Under the pieces are notes generated by a model. That model had not been told where the DNA came from and did not search any database. It saw only the letters and a list, made by a program, of their open reading frames with translations. A program made the translations under genes and the position numbers. Source: Balanoglossus misakiensis (taxonomy: Eukaryota > Animalia > Hemichordata). From it: a DNA stretch of 64,000 nucleotides. Positions 52,801-64,000 of this stretch are shown one piece after another (position 1 is the first letter of the stretch; each line of letters begins with the position of its first letter). The stretch lies in NCBI GenBank assembly GCA_040954595.2, contig CM082584.2, positions 5,522,110-5,586,109 of the forward strand, written 5' to 3'.

Positions 52801-55800
52801 TATTATTGATTCCTTTATTTTTGGTATTACCGTATATATGTCATGTCAGATTCCACTAGCTTTTTATTGACCTATCAAAAATGACCCTTAACTTGATTAA
52901 CCCTCGGAATTAGAGCAATTTGGGTTTCATTAACTCACCATCTTCATCCGTTCTTGCAGTTGACACTGGACTCCATGGACTTTGTTCATCTCTGTTGTCA
53001 AATGACACCATCACATCATACTCTGTGTATGCCAGTAATCCACCAATTATGAAAGTACGTGCAGTTCCATCATTCACCACTAACTCAGTGTATTCATCCT
53101 GAGTGTTTGTTTTCTTGTACTTCAAATTGAAACTCTCAATGTATCCATCAGGATTACATTTGATCTTTGATGTGTCAGGTACCTGTCATAAAGTCACAAG
53201 TTTACAACATACATTGCAATGTGAACAGTATAACACACCATGCAGCGAACCCTCGATCGTGATTCGTCAATACGACGTCACGTGACCTTAGTCATTTCGA
53301 ACTGTTGCCTAGGGCATCAGTTCGATCGGTTTGGTGTGTTATAAAACACATGATGACTGACATATTCGGGCAACAGTGTATTTTTAATGACCTCGGGACT
53401 GCCAGTCACACCAAAACAGTCTGTTTCCCTCGGGCTATGCCCTCGGGAAAACAAGACTGTTTTAGTTGTGACTAGCAGCACCCTCGGTCATCAAAATACG
53501 CTGTTGCCCTCATTGTCAGTCATCATGTGTATACTGTTCCCTAGGGCATCCCTCGGGAAAACAAGACTGTTTTTAACATATGCCACTTTATGAGGATGTA
53601 CATAAAGTCGGTCAGTCAGTCAGTACCATAGTAATTATTTATATACCCACTGTTCAATGATTCAATGTAAGAATATAGAAGTACAAAGTGTACAAAGCAT
53701 TAATTCCTGTCCTTACCTCCACTGTAATTTCAATTTCATTTGGGTCTGTTGATGTTATGTTTTCAATTGTTGGTCCTTCTGAGGGCACTGAAGAAAATAA
53801 ACATTTTTATGTTGAGTGAAGTTTGTGTGATATTAAATGTACATAACTAAACCATCAGAGCACAGAGACCATTTCCTGCCACAGACATGTGACAGCTAGT
53901 GTACACAGAATTCATGAAACTTAGTAAATGTGCCAAAATATGAAAGTCGCCAATAACTTTTTTTGCAGAAAAACACCAATCGGAATCAAATTCTCCTGTT
54001 ATACATATGACCAATTCTCTGAGGGTGCATATATAACTTACCATCACACAGTGTAGTATCTGTGGTAACAATTTCCTTGCTCCCTTCTCCCATTGGTCGA
54101 GGTCTCTTGACAGTCACTGTGAAATCATAACTTGTAGACCAGTCTAGACCAGTGATGTCTGTGTTGTAACTCGATTGATCAGGATCAGTTACTGTAATTG
54201 TACCATTAGATGTCCAATCATCATCTGATGCCTTTTTGTAGTAAACTAAGTAAGCTTCTACGGGTCCATCACCAACATCACTTCCTGAATCCCATTTCTG
54301 CCAAGTAACAGTTGCTTGAGTTGCTTGTACTGTAACTCCTGGCTTGCCAGCATTTGAAAATCTAGGTAATACTGGAAATAACAGTCAAACATATTAGTGG
54401 TAAATATCTAGCAGGATTAAATCACATTATCTCTTTAATCCCAGTACTCTTTAAAATGTTGTGACTTTATATTTATAATAACCTGTTGAAACAAGAATTG
54501 TCAGAATTTTACACATTTCATTGTATATGTGAACACCAGTAAAAGAAATTTGCTGCTGTGATAGCTAGGCCCAGCTAGGACACATTATGCTGTTGGTCTG
54601 AGGTCTGCGTCAATCAGAAGGGTGACTCGATCATGACTGTTACAGGGGCTGGTGGTAACTTCTACATGCAGGTCTATATCCATGCAGTGCTGTGAGGATC
54701 GATAGCTGTAAAGTGCTGAGGTCTGAGAGTGTTGTGACAGGGTCTGACAGTTCTACATTGTATCTCTTGCACTGGTATTTGTACTTACCATAGAACTCAA
54801 AGCTGTTCAATTGCTGAGACTGACCACCAGCAGAACAAGTGTAAGACATGCCAGCATCCAAGGAAACACCGCTGTAATTACTGTAGTACACGTATGTTGT
54901 ACTGATCCAGTGTGATGTGGGTGTAACAGCTGATCCATCCTTGTCAGTCAGTGTTACATCAGAAGATGATATGACTGGGTTACTACGTACACCACAGATA
55001 ATCGAACTCAGTTCACCAGGGTTGACTTTAATGTTGTACAAATCATGCACTTTGATACTCCCGCCTGTAAAATTAAAATGATCTCCTGTTTAATAGGTAT
55101 GCAGACGTTCGTAGTGAGTATATATCATTAAAAATGTTACACTTGATATAAGTTACATATCACTTTTTAAGAATTAAACATCGATCAATAGACCTATCAC
55201 TATCTATTGAATCGAAAAAAATAAAATGTACATACCTTGACTAATGTCAAATACTAATTTGCACTCTTACCTCGTTGACAATCCCCGATATCCAGATTCA
55301 ACCATCCTGGAGCGCATTCTCCATTTGAACACACACCAGTTGTCCGGGCGCATGCTGCATCATCTTTGCAATGGCAGTTGTAATTACACAAGTCACCATA
55401 GAAACCAGTTGGGCATGAATCCGGGACTATAATGACAAAAGAAGGACAGAATTAACTGTCAAACTTCCCGTTTGTGAACATAATGGTAATCAAGATATCA
55501 GAAAAGGCACCGGAAAAGAATTAATTGTCTATCAGAAAAAGACATAAGGCACCCACCAAAGTATAAGATTGCCACATAAAAAGATGGTCTTCTTGCACCA
55601 GAAGAGAACATTGAGCCATGAATAAAAGTGGCTGGTGTTCTTTTTATGTGAATTTCACACACCACAATTGACACTTCATGCTGTCTGTCTGATTGGTATT
55701 CTGTGGTTCATCCAATAATTAGCGCCAGTGAGGGCATGGGTTGTTCTGCTTTGTCATAAAATGTGTGTTTTTAAGGACAAGTTCCAACTAAAGATACCAA

Positions 55801-58800
55801 GGAAATGAGCCTCCAACCATTCAACAGAAAAAATCACTTACCCTGACAATTTGTTCCACTCCACCCTGACTGACAGCCGCCAGAGTAACATGCACCAGTT
55901 TCTTTATAACACCCATTGGTGCAGAGACACGTCTGTGTACATCCAGAACCATACTTGCCACTTGGACAATCTGTCATGACATAAACATGACATAATCAAT
56001 CATTATAATTTTCTTTTTTCTGGTGGCCAAACTCTGCCAACCTATACCATCTTGTTTTCAAAGGTACACTATAGATAACAAATATGTGTTTATTTGTTTT
56101 TGTTACGAGTGAATAGTGATGACAAAATCCAACTTGTTTGTTGCATGTCCATCACAATGAATACACTAACATGAACAATACTGTAAAACTTGTTATTTTC
56201 GCGAGTTGAAATTTTCGCGATATCGAGAAAGGCCACTGTTACGCGAGTATTAATTTTTACGTTCTTGTATTGCATCGTTATCTCTGAAAAACTACTACAT
56301 GTACTGTACGCTTATATGTCGCATTTGTAGCAAGATTCTTGGCCACAGACCACAATGTTCAAACAAATTGCACGATGTGTAGCAAAATCATGAAACTGCA
56401 ACCATTTTAATAAATTACCTGCATTTTCAAACTGAAAACATTTTGTTGCGCGTGTGTTTGACTATCGTTCTATTACTAGTATTTACCACATTGTTCTTTC
56501 ACAACTATACTTACGCGAGTCTTTAGGGACCCAAGCCCCCTGCAGTATTGTAATTGCTGGGATTTTTCTTTGTTTATTCTTGAGTTGTTTTTTTGCTCGA
56601 CTAGATCTCAAAAACTGCTGCACCTGCGCTTCTGAAACTTGGCACAGAGGTTGGGGCCAATGAGTAGTACTGCATGGAACCTTTGCATTTTTAATTAGTC
56701 TTGTGACCTGATAGCTATATCCGATCAAAACTTTCAAATTGATCTAATTTGCATATGAATGGCAGCATTTAAATTCTTTTCTCAAACTTTGTAGACCATA
56801 TGACCAAGATCCTGTATGCCAAATGTCAAGGTCCTAGGCCATGTCGCTTTTGAGAAGTTAATTTTTATAATATTTTTTCCATATTTTTTATGGCTTTTGG
56901 ACCAACCAATTGGCCTATGTCCACATCTTATTGTGGAATTCTGGCATGTGCAATGGTCCTGGACAGTGACTGTCTATGGGCCAGTGAGCAGCATGGGACC
57001 AAAATAAAAAGCCAAATTTGGGGGTCACCTGTGACACCTGCTTAACTCAATAATTATGTGCATACCTAATTGCAGGCTAACGAAAAAGGCTACAAGTCTG
57101 GTTTTTGTTGCATATGAACCAATATTGAGTCAAATTTCCTCCCTCAAAATTTTAGGTGACCTTATGTGACCTTTGACCTACTTTCCAATTTCTCAGCATC
57201 CAGAACAGGTACAGACTTGGCGTTTGGAGGGATGGGACCATAATGAAATGCCAAATTTGGGGATCACATGTGACACCTGCTTAACTCATTAATTATGTGC
57301 ATACCTAAATTCAGGCTAAACAAAAGGGCTACAGGTCTGGTTATTGTTGCACATAGACCAATATGGAGTCAACATTTTTATCCCAAATTTTGGGTGACCT
57401 CAGGTGACCTTTGACCAACTTTCCCATATCTCAGCATCCACAGCAGTTACAGCAATGACATTAGATACAATGGATTAGTCATGATTATGTCTATTTGCTT
57501 GGGTTGCTTCAATGCTGCTTGCAGCTTTAATTATTTTCACATTTTATTGCTCGCGAAAAAAACGTGTTTTACAGTATAATTTTAATTTCTTGCATCAACC
57601 ATTTCTCTCTATGAACCGGTTATACTTACCAGTTGAACAGTTTAGTCCTCCATATGATGTACTGCATGAACACCCATAGGGATCAGCTATGCAAAACATA
57701 CTGCTGCGACATGCATCTTGATTGCTACTTGAACACGCACGACCACACTCTATTCCCCAGCTATTCTTACCACAGCCTGGGATAAAGAATTATCATGTAT
57801 ACTGCAGTGCTGATTAATGATCATAAACATTGCTTGTGTATGAATGTTACATTGCAACCCATTTTAACAGCAAATTGTTTCCATAAACATTAAACATGAG
57901 TAGGTGGTACAAGATGTCTGGAATAAGCAGTCGATAAGCATATGCGCTATGTGAAAAATTATATAGCTTGTGATATTATACCAGTAAGTTTGTAACTTTG
58001 TGATTTGCTACCGGTATGTCTGAAAATGCTCGCTTGGGAAAAATATGCAGACATTAATTGTACCTACGAGACGATGTCCAATTTCCATATGGGATTATTC
58101 CCAAATAAGTCTTCCATTGACCATACTGGCACACATTTTTTGGTGTGACCATAAAATGTTTGCTTTACTTGTAAATAATGGGTAGATTTACATACTGCTG
58201 AGAGTTCATGTCAGTTCTCCTTTTAGTACTTACTCGTCCCACTTTATTATCAGGTTTATCAGAAAATGGATGTACCAGATAACAATTTCACAACTTCAAT
58301 AGCTATGAACTAGTATACAATGAGCAAATAGTTCTTTGGCATATTGCTAAGGAGATTGATTGGGTGTAAACATTTCCCTTATCCAATTCACACCTGCACA
58401 ACCTTCTGGCAATTAGTACATGTATTTCATCACTTTTAACGCTTAATATTTAAATATAAAAACATGATGATGTCACTCACCAGTTTCACAGTTACCTCCC
58501 ATGAATCCAGGCGGACATATACAGTCACCAGAGTCAGAGTTACATATTCCTCCATTGTAACACGCTGGACATGAAGACAGACAGTCTGGTAATCTCCATT
58601 TTCCATTTGGACAACCTAAAATAGGAATTGAATATGAATTTCGACTTAATTTTCATTCCGATTGTAAATTCAAGAGTAATGCATTCCTAGTCTTTTGGGT
58701 ATGATGCTTTAAACTAATAAAAAAAAAGTTACCTGGTAAAAAATGGATGAATTACAAAATGGTTTTGTTAAGCATTTGCTCAAAAACAAAAATGGTAGCT

Positions 58801-61800
58801 AATACAAACCTAATATAAAATGGTGAGTTTTGACTGTCCTCATCTTGTTTAGCGAAAAATGAAATGACTTTCACAATTGTAAAAAGTGAACTTGGGGTAC
58901 ATTGCAATTTATGTTACTATGTATGTATGTATGTATGTATGTATGTATGTATGTATGTATGTATGTATGTATGTATGTATGTATGTATGTATGTATGTAT
59001 GTATGTATGTATGTATGTATGTATGTATGTATGTATGTATGTATGTATGTATGTATGTATGTATGTATGTATGTATGTATGTATGTATGTATGTATGTAT
59101 GTATGTATGTATGTATGTATGTATGTATGTATGTATGTATGTATGTATGTATGTATGTATGTATGTATGTATGTATGTATGTATGTATGTATGTATGTAT
59201 GTATGTATGTATGTATGTATGTATGTATGTATGTATGTATGTATGTATGTATGTATGTATGTATGTATGTATGTATGTATGTATGTATGTATGTATGTAT
59301 GTATGTATGTATGTATGTATGTATGTATGTATGTATGTATGTATGTATGTATGTATGTATGTATGTATGTATGTATGTATGTATGTATGTATGTATGTAT
59401 GTATGTATGTATGTATGTATGTATGTATGTATGTATGTATGTATGTATGTATGTATGTATGTATGTATGTATGTATGTATGTATGTATGTATGTATGTAT
59501 GTATGTATGTATGTATGTATGTATGTATGTATGTATGTATGTATGTATGTATGTATGTATGTATGTATGTATGTATGTATGTATGTATGTATGTATGTAT
59601 GTATGTATGTATGTATGTATGTATGTATGTATGTATGTATGTATGTATGTATGTATGTATGTATGTATGTATGTATGTATGTATGTATGTATGTATGTAT
59701 GTATGTATGTATGTATGTATGTATGTATGTATGTATGTATGTATGTATGTATGTATGTATGTATGTATGTATGTATGTATGTATGTATGTATGTATGTAT
59801 GTATGTATGTATGTATGTATGTATGTATGTATGTATGTATGTATGTATGTATGTATGTATGTATGTATGTATGTATGTATGTATGTATGTATGTATGTAT
59901 GTATGTATGTATGTATGTATGTATGTATGTATGTATGTATGTATGTATGTATGTATGTATGTATGTATGTATGTATGTATGTATGTATGTATGTATGTAT
60001 GTATGTATGTATGTATGTATGTATGTATGTATGTATGTATGTATGTATGTATGTATGTATGTATGTATGTATGTATGTATGTATGTATGTATGTATGTAT
60101 GTATGTATGTATGTATGTATGTATGTATGTATGTATGTATGTATGTATGTATGTATGTATGTATGTATGTATGTATGTATGTATGTATGTATGTATGTAT
60201 GTATGTATGTATGTATGTATGTATGTATGTATGTATGTATGTATGTATGTATGTATGTATGTATGTATGTATGTATGTATGTATGTATGTATGTATGTAT
60301 GTATGTATGTATGTATGTATGTATGTATGTATGTATGTATGTATGTATGTATGTATGTATGTATGTATGTATGTATGTATGTATGTATGTATGTATGTAT
60401 GTATGTATGTATGTATGTATGTATGTATGTATGTATGTATGTATGTATGTATGTATGTATGTATGTATGTATGTATGTATGTATGTATGTATGTATGTAT
60501 GTATGTATGTATTCATCTTTATACATTTTTCAATCTATGAATTTAATTTTGGTTTGATAGTGATACAAAAACACAATGGGCCTTGCTTAACAAGTTAATA
60601 TAAACGTTTCTCGACATGTCATGTGAAAATAACAAGAAGAGGAGATTTTAAGTTAAACATAAATGTTCTGCAGCTTTAGCCTATAACATAAGCAGTGTCA
60701 ATCACTTTTTATTACCTCTGACAATCAGTCTCATAAATCCATGCAGTCCTTGACTTCGTTGGGTGTCATCGGTGTAACATTCATAGATTCCTGCATCACT
60801 GGTCTTTGCAAACAATATTGTAATATTCTTCTGACCATTCCATTGTGTTTTCTCTATTCCATTATGTTTCCATTTCAATGATGATTCAGCGATGGTTGTT
60901 GTCATGGTCAATGTTACATCTTCTCCAAAACTCACTGTTTTGGTTTGACTCTCTGGTTTGATTTCAGCTGGCAGATGCACAGAGACAGATAATTGGCCTC
61001 CATTTTAATAAGCCTTGATTTAAATTGGTTACACAGAAAAATGATCTTCAAATCATCCATAACAAATCATTATGTGCCATAAACAGTACATGTATTATAA
61101 TATACATGCATGCTCGTTTATGTTTATGAAATAACTTTGTCGAAAATGCACAAATTCATCAATTCATTGTCCACCCACTCATCCGTCTATTAACCCATTC
61201 ATGAAACTATCAGAGTTATGAGTAATAAAACATTTGTTCATAACTTACTAGTTGCAGCAAATACTACCGTTATCAGTCTCTCAGTTTCTCCAGTGTTAGC
61301 ATTGGCATCACAGTAGTACACACCAGGTCTGCCAGCACCAGTGGGTAAGTTGAGTCTTCTTGAATAGGATTGAAAGTTTTGATATGAATAGCCTGCAGGG
61401 AGTGCATCTCCTGTGCCTGTATCTCTTCCAAAATCAAAATCTGTACCTACAGTATTTATGGTATCATCAGCTGAGAATCCCCCAGTGAAATAATTACTAA
61501 CACTTAAACTTGGTAATGCTTTAGCATTATATATGGTGACATCTAACCGAGCATCTGCAAAATAAAATGAATTAATAGAAAGTAATGTCTCAAAAGTGTA
61601 CCTTCTATGGTACATATAAAGGAGAATTGTGGCTAATTTATATTATGCATGTTTAATCGGTTTGTAATCCAGTATTTTGTTCATGCAGACACGAGTGACA
61701 TGTTTGCACGACAGTGATAAGAATGCTTGGCCAGAAAACCAATAATGGCCTGGTGTTGTTCTTTAATGCATCTGCAAATCCTAGCAACCAGGAAGTATAA

Positions 61801-62168
61801 TGGTAAAAAAATCCAAGCTACGAAGTTGCTTGCCATAACAAAATACAACTGTACAACACATTGTTTTTGGCATTATTGACATGGTCATAGTTACTTTTTG
61901 CTACCATAATGATTATTTTGACACTTTCAATTTGTGTATATCTAGCTAGGAAAATTGCACACATGGTCTTTTTAGAGGCAAATGCCATTTGTATGCTCAA
62001 ACTAACTTATGGCAGCTACCAGAATCAAAAATTTCACACTGTCTATATTTTTTTGTTTGATTCAGAGAGTATGCATGCAGCTATGAGAACTTTACAAACA
62101 TTTATAACTCATAACTTACCTGTGAATGTCAATGGAATGAATAAAACCAGTCTTAGAAGACGATGCAT
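49870..62168 (-). CDS. Copy D: secreted-type Tie-like paralogue with a premature stop in the HYR exon (truncated or pseudogene)
   Basis: Exons 62120-62168, 61249-61554, 60716-60967, 58481-58615, 57630-57776, 55842-55970, 55271-55426, 54789-55064, 54042-54371, 53717-53787, 52939-53182, 52520-52746, 52156-52225, 51796-51819, 51216-51491, 50533-50784, 49870-50057. CAA>TAA at 50738-50740. Confidence 0.8.
56524..57530 (+). mobile_element. Helentron-like element nested in the Tc1/mariner MITE
   Basis: agggacccaagcccc ... gcttgggttgcttcaatgctgcttgcagctttaa. It interrupts cgagtcttt|attttc, which is intact in copy A (~6013-6027), and is related to 37116-38900. Confidence 0.7.
58918..60511. repeat. 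~1.6-kb pure (TATG)n microsatellite in intron 3 of copy D
   Basis: Directly visible, about 400 uninterrupted units. Confidence 0.97.
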
Positions 62169-63449
62169 TTTGACAAAATTATTTCACAGCTCACTCCGTT
62201 ACGTTATGGCCCTTGATACCTCGATATGGATACAGTTTTCTCACACTCCTGGCCGCTGTGAGTGTGGGAGAGAGTGTGGGATCAAATTGATCCCACACTC
62301 TGTGTTAATGCGCACACAGACAACTGTTATCTGACACGAGCTCTGATTGGATAATGATATCCATACCCCTCAGAACAAGCAAATATTATCCAATTGTGCG
62401 ATGTGTTGTACACAAACCGGAACTACAATGTGATCAGGTCATGTGCAGACGACAGTGGTGTACGTGGTTGGCGACAGACTAAAAAAAATGGTTGTATTTT
62501 CTAGATATCGCGTGAATTTATGCTACTGGAAACAATCTCCATATTTTAATGTGTTGAGCACATTTTTATAGCATGTGTGTACTGTAAACTCGTGATGAAA
62601 TGGGGACTATGTTTTGCAGGGCGGATCAATATATGACTTGTCATGCAGTTATCAGTTGGTATTTTATAGATTTAGTTCTTTTTATTGTAAATAAACGTTA
62701 ATATCGCAAATTTCTGGTCGTGTGAGAAAAAGAATCTCACACTCGTCGGGGATAACTCTTTGTACCAGAGAAGGGGGGGGGGGGCTGGAGGATTTTGGGG
62801 GAAAAACTCTTAATACCAGGCAGCTTTGGAAAAAATGAGGCTGTCTTTTCACCACAACATACAGATAAATGCTTCCATTGAGGCACAGGGAAGTAAGTTA
62901 CTTTTAAAAGATTTATTGAAATATTAAGAGCCGTTGTAGGCAACAAAAAAATGTAAATACAGGAAAACATAATCTGTATTACATGATCACTAAAACAGAA
63001 CAAGCTTTCAATTTAAAACCAGATATATATATATTTTCTGTTAAAAATGTCTTGTTATATTTCTCTATAAACATATAAACTGAAATCAAACTTACCAGAT
63101 AAATTTGTAATCTTTATTGTATTATTAATTAAATGTGAAGGATTTTTACTTTGAGATTAGGCCAAAGAATCACTACAAGAAAAAACATGTATAAGTTTAC
63201 AACCACAAAGTCGGACTTTGATAAAATTGCAATTTCCCTCACATTTCTGTTTACAATTTCTCGTGATTAAAATTTTTATAGATACATGTATGTACTGCTA
63301 TGCAATTCTGGTATTTTAGCAGAGAATTTGAAAAGACTTCTCCAAACATCGGTGGTGTTGATTCCCTCTTGTTTATAACTGTAAGTGAGTAATTTCAGGA
63401 AATATCATAAAATGGGTGCAAATGCAATATAGACGACTAGTTTGATGTA

Positions 63450-63650
63450 ATGTATGTATGTATGTATGTATGTATGTATGTATGTATGTATGTATGTATG
63501 TATGTATGTATGTATGTATGTATGTATGTATGTATGTATGTATGTATGTATGTATGTATGTATGTATGTATGTATGTATGTATGTATGTATGTATGTATG
63601 TATGTATGTATGTATGTATGTATGTATGTATGTATGTATGTATGTATGTA
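63450..63650. repeat. (TATG)n at a duplication breakpoint
   Basis: Directly visible, about 50 units. Confidence 0.95.
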
Positions 63651-63854
63651 TTCATCTTTATACATTTTTCAATCTATGAATTTAATTTTGGTTTGATAGT
63701 GATACAAAAACACAATGGGCCTTGCTTAACAAGTTAATATAAACGTTTCTCGACATGTCATGTGAAAATAACAAGAAGAGGAGATTTTAAGTTAAACATA
63801 AATGTTCTGCAGCTTTAGCCTATAACATAAGCAGTGTCAATCACTTTTTATTAC

Positions 63855-64000
63855 CTCTGACAATCAGTCTCATAAATCCATGCAGTCCTTGACTTCGTTG
63901 GGTGTCATCGGTGTAACATTCATAGATTCCTGCATCACTGGTCTTTGCAAACAATATTGTAATATTCTTCTGACCATTCCATTGTGTTTTCTCTATTCCA
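63855..64000 (-). pseudogene. Ig2 exon of a fifth, 3'-truncated copy (runs off the right edge)
   Basis: 63651-64000 appears identical to 60512-60861, but downstream of the TATG tract there are no EGF exons. Confidence 0.65.

Noticed and set aside
58864-60598. 500+ aa MYVC/YIHT ORFs (also 39863-40066 and 63405-63737)
   Set aside because: Artefacts of the stop-free (TATG)n microsatellite.

Overview
AT-rich, intron-rich animal genomic DNA, probably a marine invertebrate deuterostome such as an echinoderm (inference). The window is a head-to-tail tandem array of minus-strand paralogues. All share a Tie/TEK-like ectodomain: signal peptide, Ig, Ig, 4 EGF exons, Ig, then 3 FN3. They differ in their C-terminal cassette. 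Copies C (29099-46199) and D (49870-62168) end in an S/T micro-exon, an HYR-like domain, an HYR domain, a Sushi/CCP domain and a stop, with no transmembrane segment, so they are predicted secreted. Copy A (<148-9576) has the same tail as far as the left edge. Copy B (11234-27846) instead continues with a 4th FN3, an RPTP-type membrane-proximal domain with an RRRR furin site, a TM helix and tandem SxYxxL tyrosine motifs. It ends in a lone D2-type PTP domain with no D1, and that domain is broken by a frameshift and by a PIF/Harbinger MITE in the P-loop exon. A fifth, truncated copy starts at the right edge. The N-terminal Ig exon is patchily hypervariable while neighbouring introns are nearly identical. 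Together this suggests a rapidly evolving family of secreted and membrane recognition receptors. Introns hold many non-autonomous transposons, a LINE RT fragment, 3'-UTR minisatellites and a 1.6-kb (TATG)n. All exon boundaries were read by eye from GT-AG signals and frame continuity.
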